Origin: Bacteroidota bacterium
Lineage (GTDB): Bacteria; Bacteroidota; Bacteroidia; Chitinophagales; JADIYW01
Direction of reading: 5' to 3'
Length of the DNA: 64,000 bases
NCBI GenBank assembly: GCA_028288625.1
Contig: JAQBNI010000049.1
Location: forward strand, 771-64,770
The notes below the pieces were generated by a model that was not told where the DNA came from, searched no databases, and saw only the letters and a list, made by a program, of their open reading frames with translations. This document shows, in pieces, positions 1 through 11,218 of the stretch. The stretch's first letter is position 1. Each line of letters opens with the position of its first letter. The translations under genes were made by a program, and so were the position numbers.

Positions 1-378
1 AATTATGTGAGTATATATTGTGAATGGTACCGCAAATTCAGTTTATCATTTGCCTGTCTTGTGCTTTTGTTTGTAGGCTGCGCGATGGGGGCAATCGTGC
101 GGAAGGGCGGATTCGGCATGCCGATACTGATCGCCGTTTTATATTTTGTTGTATTCCACGTTTTAAATGTTATAGGAGAGAAGCTCGCGAAAGAGTTGAT
201 CATTCCTGCAAGTATCGGCATGTGGCTCTCCAGTATCGTATTGTTTCCACTCGCTTTATTTTTGACGTATAAAGCAAATAATGATTCAGTTATTTTCAGA
301 ACGGAATGGTATGGAGGGTTATTACAGAGTTTGAAACTAAGACTTCAGAATTTCGCAAATAGAAAAAATATTGTTTGA
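1..378 (+). CDS. LptF/LptG (YjgP/YjgQ) family LPS-export permease, C-terminal part; 5' end outside the window
   Basis: ORF is open to the window edge in frame 1. The tail has C-terminal TM helices (FACLVLLFVGCAMGAIV, MPILIAVLYFVVFHVL, MWLSSIVLFPLALFLTY) typical of this permease family. Confidence 0.6.
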   Translation, partial: NYVSIYCEWYRKFSLSFACLVLLFVGCAMGAIVRKGGFGMPILIAVLYFVVFHVLNVIGEKLAKELIIPASIGMWLSSIVLFPLALFLTYKANNDSVIFRTEWYGGLLQSLKLRLQNFANRKNIV

Positions 379-1505
379 TGATCTTGTTTTTTATATTGCT
401 CTTGTTGCTGCTGATGTACGGCTACATCTTTTACCCGATGCTGTTATCGCAAAAAGCTAAAGGAAAAATTTTTAGTTTTTTATTCTTTACTAATGACGAG
501 GAATTGCCCATGGTGTCGATCGTGATGCCTTTGCAGAATGAAGAAAAAGTAATTGAAGAAAAGCTCAATAGTATTTTAGCATCAGATTATCCCAAAGACA
601 AATTATCTGTTTACATTGGTCTTGACTGCTGCAGTGATGCGACTAAACAGATCATCGAAACAAAATTTAATTCTTCCCTTATTCATGTCATCGAATTTAA
701 TGAGCGACAAGGAAAACCGAATGTTCTGAATAAAATCATCGGGACAAATATTGTGGAGGAAGATTCAATACTCATCCTCACAGATGCAAATATCATATTT
801 ACACCCACTACAGTTTTCGAGCTTGTAAAATATTTTAAAGATCCGCAGATCGGTTTGGTGGATTCAAATATTCAGCATAAAAAAATAACAAACGATAATG
901 AAAAGGATTACTGGAATTATGAAACCGCCATCAAGCATAATGAAAGCCTTGCCTACGGAATTATTCCCGGTCCTTCCGGAGGTTGTTACGCCATTCGAAA
1001 AAATTTATATACTTCGGTCCCCGATAATTTTTTAGTGGATGATTTTTTTATCGGCTTCACGATCATCACTAAATTATATAAAGCCATTTTAAACAGGGAC
1101 GCTATTTGCTATGAAGATGTAGTAACGAACTGGTCGCAGGAATTTTCACGAAAGATCCGTATTGCCACCGGCAACTTTCAAAACTTTTGGTATTTCAAAA
1201 GGTATGCTTTTCAGTTTTTATCGCCGGTAGGACGAGTGTTTATTTCACATAAGATCCTCCGCTGGAAAAGCCCGTTCATTTTGTTGATCATGTATTATAT
1301 CCTGCTGCTGAAATTCACATTGTTTATTCTTATCGTAACTTTATTTTTACCAATAATTGACCTGCTTTTCTTTACCTTTGATATGGAATTTAAGCCCCTG
1401 CGACGGTTCAATTATTTCATCGTAATGAACATCGCAGTATTTCTGGGTTTTTTAAGATTCTGTAAAGGAGTAAAAAGCAATGTCTGGCAACCCACAACAC
1501 GATAA
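375..1505 (+). CDS. family 2 glycosyltransferase, membrane-anchored
   Basis: N-terminal TM helix, then a GT-A core ([25 protein letters not shown]) and several C-terminal TM helices. Overlaps the previous stop by 4 nt. Confidence 0.75.
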   Translation: MMILFFILLLLLLMYGYIFYPMLLSQKAKGKIFSFLFFTNDEELPMVSIVMPLQNEEKVIEEKLNSILASDYPKDKLSVYIGLDCCSDATKQIIETKFNSSLIHVIEFNERQGKPNVLNKIIGTNIVEEDSILILTDANIIFTPTTVFELVKYFKDPQIGLVDSNIQHKKITNDNEKDYWNYETAIKHNESLAYGIIPGPSGGCYAIRKNLYTSVPDNFLVDDFFIGFTIITKLYKAILNRDAICYEDVVTNWSQEFSRKIRIATGNFQNFWYFKRYAFQFLSPVGRVFISHKILRWKSPFILLIMYYILLLKFTLFILIVTLFLPIIDLLFFTFDMEFKPLRRFNYFIVMNIAVFLGFLRFCKGVKSNVWQPTTR

Positions 1506-2724
1506 CAGCCGGTTAGATACCATCGAATCCGCAATCGACGCAATCAAAAATGGAAAATTAATTATTGTTGTAGATGATGAAGACCGCGAAAATGAAGGCG
1601 ACTTTATCACGGCTGCAAACAATGTAACACCGGAGATCATCAACTTTATGGCAACGCACGGCAGGGGACTTATCTGCGCGCCGCTGCTGGAAGACCGATG
1701 TGATGAATTGCAATTGGAAATGATGGTGAATTCAAATTCCTCTCATTACGATACGCCGTTTACGGTGTCCATCGATTTGATCGGTCACGGCTGCACCACG
1801 GGCATTTCCGCATCAGACAGGTCAAAAACAATAAGAGCATTAATTGATCCGGCGATTGAACCGAAAGAGTTGGCAAAGCCTGGACATATATTTCCTTTAA
1901 AAGCGAAGAGGGAGGGCGTATTGCGCCGCACAGGTCATACGGAAGCTGCAATTGATCTTGCGCGCTTGGCGGGTTTCGAACCCGCAGGAGTTCTAGTGGA
2001 GATCATGAACGAAGATGGAAGTATGGCGCGTTTACCGGATCTTTTAAAGATCGCGCAGAAGCATGATATGCGGATCATTTCAATCAAGGACCTTGTTGAG
2101 TACAGGCTTCAACACGATCGTTTGATAGAAAAAATTGTGGAGGTAAAAATGCCGACCAAGTACGGCGATTTTAAACTGGTTGCTTACAAGCAACTGACAA
2201 CAAATGAAGAACATTTTGCCTTGGTAAAAGGGGAATGGAAAAAAGATGAACCGGTGTTGGTTCGCGTCCATTCTTCATGCATTACCGGAGATATACTTGG
2301 CTCATTACGTTGCGATTGCGGCGATCAGTTACATAATGCCATGAAGATGGTAGAGCAGGAAGGAAAAGGCGTGATCCTGTATATGATGCAGGAAGGAAGA
2401 GGCATCGGCTTTATGAATAAACTGAGAGCATATAAACTGCAGGAAGAAGGGATGGATACCGTTGATGCAAACCTTGCTTTAGGATTTAAAGCCGATCAAC
2501 GTGATTTTGGTATCGGCGCGCAGATTTTGCGCGACCTGAACGTTACAAAAATGAGATTGATGACGAATAACCCGAAAAAGCGTGCAGGGTTAAGAGGTTA
2601 CGGTCTTGAGATCGTTGAAAATGTTCCTATACATACTATTCCGAATGAACACAATGAAGGTTATCTCAAAACTAAGAGAGATAAAATGGGACATGATGTA
2701 ATGAGCAGCAAGAGCAACGAGTAA
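1480..2724 (+). CDS. ribBA: bifunctional 3,4-dihydroxy-2-butanone-4-phosphate synthase / GTP cyclohydrolase II
   Basis: DHBP synthase motif [13 protein letters not shown] and GCH-II zinc motif [20 protein letters not shown], at full length. Overlaps the GT2 gene by 26 nt. Confidence 0.95.
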   Translation: MSGNPQHDNSRLDTIESAIDAIKNGKLIIVVDDEDRENEGDFITAANNVTPEIINFMATHGRGLICAPLLEDRCDELQLEMMVNSNSSHYDTPFTVSIDLIGHGCTTGISASDRSKTIRALIDPAIEPKELAKPGHIFPLKAKREGVLRRTGHTEAAIDLARLAGFEPAGVLVEIMNEDGSMARLPDLLKIAQKHDMRIISIKDLVEYRLQHDRLIEKIVEVKMPTKYGDFKLVAYKQLTTNEEHFALVKGEWKKDEPVLVRVHSSCITGDILGSLRCDCGDQLHNAMKMVEQEGKGVILYMMQEGRGIGFMNKLRAYKLQEEGMDTVDANLALGFKADQRDFGIGAQILRDLNVTKMRLMTNNPKKRAGLRGYGLEIVENVPIHTIPNEHNEGYLKTKRDKMGHDVMSSKSNE

Positions 2725-2747
2725 TTAAAAGGAAGATCCGAAATTTC

Positions 2748-3284
2748 TTACAATTCCGTATAAGTCATATAATCTTCATTTACCTGTTTCCATAAAATGG
2801 ATTTTATTAACTGGTGATCCAGGAATTTAAGTTGCACAAACGGATACGTATGAAAAAATTTTTCAGGACCCGTGTGAAACTGAATATAGAAGAAGCTGGA
2901 TTTGAAAGCATTTTTTTCCACGCCATCCCACATCACACCAACCGACTGATAAAATATCTGCGGAATTTTATTCGTCCTGTTTTTCTCAATCATGTATTCT
3001 TTATTATTGACAACCATTCTTATGGTTGACACTTTATAGGACTCATATTTAAAAACAATCTTTTCTGTGGTTCTGAAAACCAGTTGCGCTTCGGTGATAT
3101 TTTTCTTATGACTTTCAATATCAGCATTAATGGCGCGCAATAGTGAATCGCTTGGATTTCGTAAACTGGTGGTGTCTCCGTTTTTATATATAAATGTAAA
3201 ATACTGCGGTCTTTCCATCTTATCCTGATGGGCAGAACTCATACTCATGACGAGCATTAAGATAATTAAATTAATAAATTTCAT
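2748..3284 (-). CDS. hypothetical secreted protein
   Basis: 178-aa ORF with an N-terminal signal-like helix (MKFINLIILMLVMSMSSA). No recognisable domain. Confidence 0.5.
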   Translation of the reverse strand: MKFINLIILMLVMSMSSAHQDKMERPQYFTFIYKNGDTTSLRNPSDSLLRAINADIESHKKNITEAQLVFRTTEKIVFKYESYKVSTIRMVVNNKEYMIEKNRTNKIPQIFYQSVGVMWDGVEKNAFKSSFFYIQFHTGPEKFFHTYPFVQLKFLDHQLIKSILWKQVNEDYMTYTEL

Positions 3285-3414
3285 TTTTCGACTAGCAGTA
3301 CTCTAATATATTAAGAAAAATTTATAAGGGATATTTTTTAACATAAACTTATAAACAGCTCGTCAAGTGTAGAGCAACTCACTAATAGAAGGCTTGTAAG
3401 ATTCTGAATTGAGA

Positions 3415-6400
3415 TTACTTTTTAATAATCGAATCTTTCGCAGGTATGATCAAGATCATACTATCATTTACTTTAGAGCGAACAGAAATGGTATCCGGCA
3501 GTCGTGCAAGTTGAACCTTATCTGCTTTTTTTGGTCTTGCGAATAATTCTTTGAAATTATCAAATTCCTTCTGGAAGGAAACGGAACCACCGGTCCTGAT
3601 CTTGTCCTGGTTGATGATATCGTAATTTGCGGTTCTTGCATAGGTTTTTAAGCGGATCCGTCCATCAGGCGTTACTAAATATTCGAGTTGAAAATCGCCT
3701 GCAATAGCAGAGTTACTTGCCGGCTGACCGGCAGGCGTAGTCACTATATTGTTGTTGGTATTTCCAAAGTTGACGTTACCGCCGATTGTTAAGATAAGCC
3801 TGCTGCTGAATAATTCCTGCTTATAGCTGAAACCGAAATTTCGCGATTCCTTCGACTCCAAATCAGATAAGAGCAGATCAAGCGAAGCGCCCGGAATTAA
3901 TTTTCCTAACCCTTGAGAAAAAAGGTTGGAAAGCTGCGACGATACTAATTGTGTAACGGTATTGGATGCGCCGCTGAAGCGCTGATCGCTGGAAGTACCT
4001 GTAGGGAAAAATGTATTGAACAGCAGCAGCGCAACAGCCTGGTTGTTGATCTCATTTTCGTTTTGCGAAATTTCATCGAGCTTCCTGTTCAGCTCATCGG
4101 ATTGCGCGGAAATAGTTCCCGCAGTTGGAGTAATTAAAAACCCGATCTTAGGTGATTTCAAAGTACCCGTAATTAAAAGATTTAAATCGATAGGGAAGGT
4201 TCGGTTGCGAATACTTGAAGTACTGTCTACAATATTTCTTACAGAAGCCGCCTTTACATTATACAAGCCGATAATATTCAATTCTGCATTCAGCGGATCA
4301 CCGTTAAAACTAATATTGCTGCCCGGGCGGATATTAAATGTTTTGTTGACGACGCCCTGGAAATTGAAATCATATTTTCCGTCAATTAAATTATAAGTTC
4401 CGTCGATAGAAATATTTCCATTCTTATTCATGGTGAGGTTTAAATTTCCTTCACCTCTCGCAGTAATTTTATCGTTGGTTGTTGGATCAAGAATGATATT
4501 GATATATGCATTAGGAGTTGCAGTGATATTCATGTTTAAATTTATACCGCTGACCTTGGAAGTATACACGATCGTTTTTGTAGAATCTTTCGGATCCACA
4601 AATCTCACAAACGCATATCCTTTATCGGAACCTTTTGAATTAACAGGTAAATTGAAAACAGAATTTTTCAGCGTTTCCAGCTGGTTGACATTTATATTGA
4701 GGTTATTAAAATATCCGTCAATATCAACATCAGCGCGCGCAAAAACTTTTCCATAAAAATCCTGGTTGTCCTCGTAAGTGGTATTCATAAAATTATAGCC
4801 TGTCGGCGCACTGAGATTTACTTTCTCCGCTTTAAAATCTTTGAAGCCATTGTGCAGTAATTTCCCCGTGAGTAATGCTGTGTTGCCAAAATTATCATAC
4901 AATGTCATTTCACCAAAATCAAAACCTTTTGGAGTGAGATCGATCTCCTCATTTACCATTTTAAAAGTTGTTCCCAGGTAACGCATTTTCAATTCTGCCG
5001 TATCAATGATGGTAGCTTTTCCCGTGAGTATAGGACTGTTTAAACTTCCTGAAACATTGATCTGTCCTTTCACAAATGCATGGGGTACTAATAATTCTTT
5101 TTTCAAAACAGTTTCCAGGAATTTCAGATTTAACCGTTCGATATCGGCTTTCGCATCGAGTTGCTCTTTTCCTTTTACCTGGAAATCATAAGTACCGTCA
5201 AAAGACAATTGGTAATCGCTGTCTTCCAATGTTCCGCCGGCTTCAACAAATTTTTTACCGTCACGTCCGTATACTGCATCTAAACCAATATACCTTATTT
5301 TATAATCGAGGACCTGGAGATCATTAATAGTTACATCAACATTTGCCTGTAATTTTGTAAGGATATTTTTTAGGTTGATGGTGCCGGTGAGTGTGCCGCT
5401 TGTTACAAGATGTGCGGAGTCTACGAGCTGGTCAATATCTGCAAGATTGAGATTCTCGACATTTATCTTTGCATCTGCAAGCGTGTTGCGACCATTCTGG
5501 ATATTTATTTTTTGCGAGTCCTGGACGAGAGAAAAATTCTGCGCGATAAAGGAGCTGTCTACTAAGATCAGTTCGTTTCCTTGCTGGATCGTCCATATTT
5601 TTTTATTTACGGTTAATCTGGAATCCAGGATTCTTGCGATGATACTGTCCCCGATAAAATCAATACTGGATTGCAGGCGTATAGAATTATCGGCGGAATC
5701 TGTATTGACACTGAGATTAGATACCAACTGTTCCGGCGAACTGTTTATTCCGAGCTTAATATCCGGTATATCAGTTTTTTTGTAACGCATATTTCCGATC
5801 GTAGCATCCACGAGGAGGTTATTACCAACTATATTTCCGTTTAATAAAATATTATTGAATGGAATACCGGTGTAGTTCGCTGAATCCATTTTTGCAGACA
5901 GTTTGAAAATAGTATCAATAGTATTGATGTTGGCGTCAAGATCGAGCTCGCTGATAAATTGCAGCTGTGGAACGAAGACTTTAAATAAACCAAGATCGGA
6001 TTTTAGTTTTAACGTAATATCTAGTTGCTGTGGCTTTGCCTGCAAGCGATCTTTCTCCGTTGGCTTTATCAGTTTGGAATAATGACTCAGGAAAACTTTC
6101 ATGGAAGGATAGATCGTTGTAGCTGTGAAATTTCCTTTTGCATTTACGTTGAACTGATCCGACGTCACCGTATAGCTTTTTATCAAACCATCATTTTCCA
6201 GGTTAATATCCACATCCGCAAGTGCGAGCATATCTTTTTCATTCTGTAAAATAATATTGCTGAATTTACCTGTGCCAATAATATCATCAAGATTTTTTCC
6301 TGATCCATGCACTTCACCATCAAGAGAAACAACAAGCGTGTCTTTCGTAAGATGCAGTTTATAGAGATCCGCATTTTTTATGCTCGTTTTAAAATCATAC

Positions 6401-8262
6401 CTCGGTATCGTATCATTAAAATCAGCAGTTCCGTTAAAGTCCACAAGGAAGCAGCTATCATCAAAAAATGCTTTTCCATCAAATTTCTTTTTCTCCACCA
6501 AGCCATCCACTTTTATTTTATCAAACACAAATCCATTAAAATAAAAATTGCGTATCGTTCCTGTCAGTTTTGTATTTAGGTCCTTTGTTCCGAATCCTTG
6601 TCCATTTACTTTTAAATCGATATCTACTTTTCCCAATAGTTTATGATTGCCTGTAAGTTCCGCAAGGTTCAGGTTTGATGCGGCTATTATTCCGGAATAA
6701 ACCGCTGGTTTTCCTTTAGGGAAACTCATTTGAATGTCTGTCACGATGTTTCCCAAGTTATCCGTATTTAATGCACCCTTCGCAACAAAGTCATTAAGGA
6801 ATCCAAAGTAAGATCCTTTAAAAGAAATGTTCCCGGCTTTATCCAGTTGCGGAGGAATTTTTACAAACGTGAGCAACTGTTTGAGATCGGAAGGATTTGT
6901 TTTAAACTGGTTTACTTCAAGGTCAAATAATGTCTGGTTGACATGCGGTAAGCCTCGGATATTACCGGTAACATCTATCACCGTGTTTTTACCTGCAGAT
7001 ACATATAACTGTTCTACGCGAAGATTGGAAAGCTTACCTTTTATGGAGCCGTGCATCACCAATGATGAAGGAATATATTTTATAAATGATGGCGGAGCGA
7101 AGATGCCGATATCTTTGGCAAATATCTTCGCATCTTTTATTTCCGCCTTCAGCACAACTTTATTTTCAAAATCACTAAACGAACGCCATTCATCTTTAAA
7201 CTGTAAAGAAAAATTTCCTTTCAGCTTTGTATCATTAAAAGCGATGTCTGCATTGTCCAGGTATATGCCGTTATTATCCAAACCTGCTTTTGCATTTAAT
7301 TTTTTAAGGAAGAATTTATTATCGAGCACGGCTTCCATCTTATTCATATCAACGTGCATGCCGGTGGAATCCCATTTATAATTTTTAAAATCGAGGTTGA
7401 CACTATGAATATTCATGTGACTGATCAGGAAATTTCCTGCTGCCATACTCTTGCCCTGAAAATCCAGCTGGTGCGTTGCATTTGTCAGTATCAGGCGATC
7501 CACATTGAGGTTCATGCTTCTGCCCATTCCTTGTACATTAAATCCCTTGCTTGGTGTTTTAGGTTTGATCACCTTCGGCTTTTTATTGTAATAGGTAAGC
7601 TTGAAATACGGATCAACCAATTCCACTTGCCGCGCATCGATCTGTAAATGATAAGTATCAAAATTTCTTACATCTACATAGATCTTTTTAAAGCGTATAT
7701 CAAAACGTTCGTCCTTAAATTTATCATCCAGGAACATTATAGTATTGCTTAACGTGATCCGGTTCAGTTTTATTTTTATCGGCTTCGGCGTTTTATTCGG
7801 TTTCGGTTTTGGCTTATCCTTTGTATTAAACTGATCGAGAATAAATTGAAAATTAAAAGCGCTGTCATTGAAGTCTCTTCTTCCATAAAATCTTGTTCCA
7901 TCAAGGTCGAGATTATCTACATATATTTTACCATTCTTTAAATGCCTGATCTGATCAATGAGTGTTGTGCCGATCATTAAATCGACATTAAATTTCTTCA
8001 CGTATAAAATTGTATCGGTTTTATTTATTTTGGAGGAGAGATAAACATTATAGATCTCAATGGTTCTGAATAATTTAAGATTTACGGAATCTACGGTGAC
8101 TGTGTTGCCAAATTCTTTTGATAAATAATCACTTACTTTGTGTACGACGTAGGTTTGTACCCGGGGCTGCTGTATTAAAATGAAGATGGAAATAAATATT
8201 GCAAACAGCAATAAGAGTATCACTAAAAATGTCCGGAACGTGTATTTAAAAAATTTTTTCAA
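3415..8262 (-). CDS. tamB: translocation/assembly module TamB-like protein (DUF490 C-terminus)
   Basis: 1615-aa ORF with a single N-terminal TM anchor, a long beta-rich repetitive body and a TamB-type C-terminal region. All plus-strand ORFs inside it are short shadows. Confidence 0.75.
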   Translation of the reverse strand: MKKFFKYTFRTFLVILLLLFAIFISIFILIQQPRVQTYVVHKVSDYLSKEFGNTVTVDSVNLKLFRTIEIYNVYLSSKINKTDTILYVKKFNVDLMIGTTLIDQIRHLKNGKIYVDNLDLDGTRFYGRRDFNDSAFNFQFILDQFNTKDKPKPKPNKTPKPIKIKLNRITLSNTIMFLDDKFKDERFDIRFKKIYVDVRNFDTYHLQIDARQVELVDPYFKLTYYNKKPKVIKPKTPSKGFNVQGMGRSMNLNVDRLILTNATHQLDFQGKSMAAGNFLISHMNIHSVNLDFKNYKWDSTGMHVDMNKMEAVLDNKFFLKKLNAKAGLDNNGIYLDNADIAFNDTKLKGNFSLQFKDEWRSFSDFENKVVLKAEIKDAKIFAKDIGIFAPPSFIKYIPSSLVMHGSIKGKLSNLRVEQLYVSAGKNTVIDVTGNIRGLPHVNQTLFDLEVNQFKTNPSDLKQLLTFVKIPPQLDKAGNISFKGSYFGFLNDFVAKGALNTDNLGNIVTDIQMSFPKGKPAVYSGIIAASNLNLAELTGNHKLLGKVDIDLKVNGQGFGTKDLNTKLTGTIRNFYFNGFVFDKIKVDGLVEKKKFDGKAFFDDSCFLVDFNGTADFNDTIPRYDFKTSIKNADLYKLHLTKDTLVVSLDGEVHGSGKNLDDIIGTGKFSNIILQNEKDMLALADVDINLENDGLIKSYTVTSDQFNVNAKGNFTATTIYPSMKVFLSHYSKLIKPTEKDRLQAKPQQLDITLKLKSDLGLFKVFVPQLQFISELDLDANINTIDTIFKLSAKMDSANYTGIPFNNILLNGNIVGNNLLVDATIGNMRYKKTDIPDIKLGINSSPEQLVSNLSVNTDSADNSIRLQSSIDFIGDSIIARILDSRLTVNKKIWTIQQGNELILVDSSFIAQNFSLVQDSQKINIQNGRNTLADAKINVENLNLADIDQLVDSAHLVTSGTLTGTINLKNILTKLQANVDVTINDLQVLDYKIRYIGLDAVYGRDGKKFVEAGGTLEDSDYQLSFDGTYDFQVKGKEQLDAKADIERLNLKFLETVLKKELLVPHAFVKGQINVSGSLNSPILTGKATIIDTAELKMRYLGTTFKMVNEEIDLTPKGFDFGEMTLYDNFGNTALLTGKLLHNGFKDFKAEKVNLSAPTGYNFMNTTYEDNQDFYGKVFARADVDIDGYFNNLNINVNQLETLKNSVFNLPVNSKGSDKGYAFVRFVDPKDSTKTIVYTSKVSGINLNMNITATPNAYINIILDPTTNDKITARGEGNLNLTMNKNGNISIDGTYNLIDGKYDFNFQGVVNKTFNIRPGSNISFNGDPLNAELNIIGLYNVKAASVRNIVDSTSSIRNRTFPIDLNLLITGTLKSPKIGFLITPTAGTISAQSDELNRKLDEISQNENEINNQAVALLLFNTFFPTGTSSDQRFSGASNTVTQLVSSQLSNLFSQGLGKLIPGASLDLLLSDLESKESRNFGFSYKQELFSSRLILTIGGNVNFGNTNNNIVTTPAGQPASNSAIAGDFQLEYLVTPDGRIRLKTYARTANYDIINQDKIRTGGSVSFQKEFDNFKELFARPKKADKVQLARLPDTISVRSKVNDSMILIIPAKDSIIKK

Positions 8263-8300
8263 GTGATGGTTGCCAAATTACGGGATTTTAACTGATAATT

Positions 8301-9308
8301 ATGTCTGAAATAATCATATTAGCCATAGAATCTTCCTGCGACGATACGTCGGCTGCTGTTTGTATTAACAGCAAAGTAGTGTCTAATGTTATGGCTGATC
8401 AAAAGATACATGAGTCATACGGTGGAGTGGTACCGGAACTCGCGAGCCGTGAGCATACAAAAAATATTATTCCTGTTGTTTCTGAAGCCATAAAAAAAGC
8501 GGGCATACAAAAGAAAGATATTTCTGCAGTTGCTTTTACGCGCGGACCGGGCTTGATGGGTTCGCTGCTGGTAGGCGGAATATTTGCAAAGTCTTTTGCG
8601 CAGGCAATGAATATTCCGTTGATCGATGTGCATCATATGCGGGCACATGTGCTTGCACATTTTATAGATGAACCAAAACCTTCTTTCCCGTTTTTGTGTC
8701 TCACGGTTTCCGGTGGACACACACAGATCGTTTTGGTGAAAGACTATTTGAATATGGAAGTGATCGGGGAAACAATTGACGATGCTGCCGGTGAAGCATT
8801 TGATAAAACTGCAAAGTTGCTTGGATTTCCGTATCCGGGTGGACCGCTGATTGATAAATATGCGCAATCAGGAAATGCGGAAGCATTTCAATTTTCTATT
8901 CCTCAAATTGAAAAGCTGAATTTTTCTTTCAGCGGTTTGAAAACGAATATTCTTTATTTCATTCAAAAACAAACTAAAAAAAATCCGAAATTTATAGAAA
9001 AAAATTTAAATGATATATGTGCATCGGTTCAGGCAACGATTGTTACAATTCTGATGCGAAAATTAAAGAAAGCGGCAAAAGAAAATAATATTCATGAAGT
9101 CGCGATTTCAGGCGGGGTCAGTGCAAATTCCGGTTTAAGAGCAGCCTTAAAAAAATATGGAGAAGAATTTGGGTGGAAAACATATATCCCTGACTTCCAG
9201 TATTGTACTGATAATGCCGGAATGATCGCTATAACGGCTTATTATAAATATTTAGCGAAGGATTTTTGTGAGATCGATATTCCGATCCAAGCGAGATTGG
9301 AATTTTAG
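8301..9308 (+). CDS. tsaD: tRNA N6-adenosine threonylcarbamoyltransferase
   Basis: Kae1/TsaD signatures: ILAIESSCDDTSAAV, HMRAHV, SGGVSANSGLR. Confidence 0.95.
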   Translation: MSEIIILAIESSCDDTSAAVCINSKVVSNVMADQKIHESYGGVVPELASREHTKNIIPVVSEAIKKAGIQKKDISAVAFTRGPGLMGSLLVGGIFAKSFAQAMNIPLIDVHHMRAHVLAHFIDEPKPSFPFLCLTVSGGHTQIVLVKDYLNMEVIGETIDDAAGEAFDKTAKLLGFPYPGGPLIDKYAQSGNAEAFQFSIPQIEKLNFSFSGLKTNILYFIQKQTKKNPKFIEKNLNDICASVQATIVTILMRKLKKAAKENNIHEVAISGGVSANSGLRAALKKYGEEFGWKTYIPDFQYCTDNAGMIAITAYYKYLAKDFCEIDIPIQARLEF

Positions 9309-9424
9309 TTAATGGTCAATAGTCAATGGTGGATAGTCAGTAGATATAGAGGTAATGCATTTTTAAAGGACACAGTAGTTAATGTAGATAGTTACCATCG
9401 ACTATCGACACTAAAATCACATCT

Positions 9425-10618
9425 ATGAAAAAACAATTACTAATTCTACTCGCATTTATTTCGCTGTCAGCAACAGCTCAATATTCTATCGGCAATACAA
9501 AGATCATTTTAAAAGACAGATCCCGCGCGAGCAGAAGCATTCTCACTTTTATTTATTATCCCGCAACTGCAGATTCTACAGATGCGCCGATCATTAATGA
9601 CGGTACAAAATTTCCTGTCATTTCTTTCGGTCATGGTTTTGTGATGACGGCACTTGCATATCAATGGCTGGTGCAAGCGTTGGTTCCTTACGGATATATT
9701 ATTGGGTTTCCTTCTACGGAAGAAGGTGTTCCGCCAAACCACAGTGATTTCGGTAAGGATGAAGTTTTTGTAGCACGTGCTTTAAGAGATTATGGTGACT
9801 CTTCCAACTCTTTTCTTTTTAATAAAACAAACGGCTATACTGCAGTTGGGGGACATTCCATGGGTGGCGGCGCTACTTTTCTCGGGATGCAAAATGTTAC
9901 GGACATCACTACGTTCTTTAATTTTTCTGCAGCAGAAACATTCATTACGCAATCTGCTATTCAAACTGCAAAAAATTGTAGGCAACCGGCGCTGGTTTTT
10001 ACAGGAACAAAGGATTGTGTCGCCCCGCCTGCAACGAACAGTTTGGCTATGTATAATAACCTTGCATCGGAATATAAATTCTTTGCAAATATTCATGATG
10101 CATCACATTGCCAGTTTGGCGATCCGCATAAAACACCTTGCGAAACCGGAGAAGCATTTGCCTGCCAGGGGGAAACTTATATTACTTCACAGGATCAAAA
10201 AGCGGATGTATTTTTATTGCTGCAGTCGTGGCTGGATTTCTGGCTGAAAAGAAATTGTAATGCGATCACTTCATTTTACAGTAATGCAGGGTCGCATTTA
10301 TCAGACTTTGATACGATGCAATCAAAAGTGATCGATTGCAGTGCGTTGAGTACGGTAACAGTAGTAAAACATCACAATGCAATTAAAGCGGATATCTTTC
10401 CAAATCCTTCAAAAGGAATGTTCAATTTGGAAATCAACGATAATTATTCAAATGCTATGCTTACGCTTTCCGATCTCAGCGGAAGAACAATAGATAGTAA
10501 AATGTATAAGAATGAAAAGAGCATTTCACTCGATTATTCTTATCTTGCAAAAGGAATTTATCAATTGCAATTCAGTAGTGATAAAGGAAATTATATAGCG
10601 AAGATTGTTGTGGAATAG
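9425..10618 (+). CDS. secreted alpha/beta hydrolase (dienelactone hydrolase / PAF-acetylhydrolase-like) with T9SS C-terminal sorting domain
   Basis: Signal peptide, nucleophile elbow GHSMGGG, and a C-terminal ~80 aa Por-type CTD (IFPNPSKGMFNLEI...GIYQLQF). Confidence 0.7.
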   Translation: MKKQLLILLAFISLSATAQYSIGNTKIILKDRSRASRSILTFIYYPATADSTDAPIINDGTKFPVISFGHGFVMTALAYQWLVQALVPYGYIIGFPSTEEGVPPNHSDFGKDEVFVARALRDYGDSSNSFLFNKTNGYTAVGGHSMGGGATFLGMQNVTDITTFFNFSAAETFITQSAIQTAKNCRQPALVFTGTKDCVAPPATNSLAMYNNLASEYKFFANIHDASHCQFGDPHKTPCETGEAFACQGETYITSQDQKADVFLLLQSWLDFWLKRNCNAITSFYSNAGSHLSDFDTMQSKVIDCSALSTVTVVKHHNAIKADIFPNPSKGMFNLEINDNYSNAMLTLSDLSGRTIDSKMYKNEKSISLDYSYLAKGIYQLQFSSDKGNYIAKIVVE

Positions 10619-10674
10619 TCAGAAGTTATATGTTGTATTTTTATTCAACATTTAAAATTCAAAATTCAACATTC

Positions 10675-11070
10675 TCAAAAACCCCACATCATCGGCTCGA
10701 TGATCTCCACGCTGTGCCCATCAGGATCTCTGAAATAAAAAGATCGCTTTCCGGATTTCCAGGTGATTTCAGTTTCCATTTCAATATTATTTTCCGGTAT
10801 AAATTTTTTCCATCTTTCATAATCCTCTTCACTGCATTCAAAAGCAAAGTGTTGTATGCCTCTTGCTGCGTGTGGTGGCGGCACTTTCTGATCCTTGGTT
10901 TTATCCGTAATAAAACAAAGCAGCAAGTCTGAACCAACGCGAAAAAATATCAGGTGCTCCTCTTTTATAACGATATCTAATCCCAGAATACCGTGATAAA
11001 AATCTTCCGTTTTTTGAATATCGGTAATGTTAATTGCTGTTTCTTTTATCTTGCTTAAAACCGGTTTCAT
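10675..11070 (-). CDS. VOC (glyoxalase/bleomycin-resistance/dioxygenase) family protein
   Basis: 131 aa with paired beta-alpha-beta-beta-beta module motifs (FYHGILGL, HFAFE, YFRDPDGHSVEI). Confidence 0.7.
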   Translation of the reverse strand: MKPVLSKIKETAINITDIQKTEDFYHGILGLDIVIKEEHLIFFRVGSDLLLCFITDKTKDQKVPPPHAARGIQHFAFECSEEDYERWKKFIPENNIEMETEITWKSGKRSFYFRDPDGHSVEIIEPMMWGF

Positions 11071-11218
11071 TGTATCTTTTTTAATGGTTAGTTAAATTAC
11101 TATTATATCTTGAAATTTAGTCGATTCCGCTGAAACCAAAACTATATAAAATCTATCTTTATAAAGTACGCTGCAATTTATGCCGGCGTTATAACGCAAG
11201 AGAAATAAACTGAAATAA

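Noticed and set aside
1400-1480. FMN riboswitch upstream of ribBA
   Set aside because: ribBA overlaps the preceding GT2 gene by 26 nt, so there is no non-coding leader, and no FMN-element-like conserved stems were seen.
3949-7647. Many 60-184-aa plus-strand ORFs in the track (for example 4016-4396, 5375-5785, 6827-7381)
   Set aside because: All lie antisense inside the 1615-aa TamB-like gene, have no recognisable motifs and have low-complexity translations. They are shadow ORFs.
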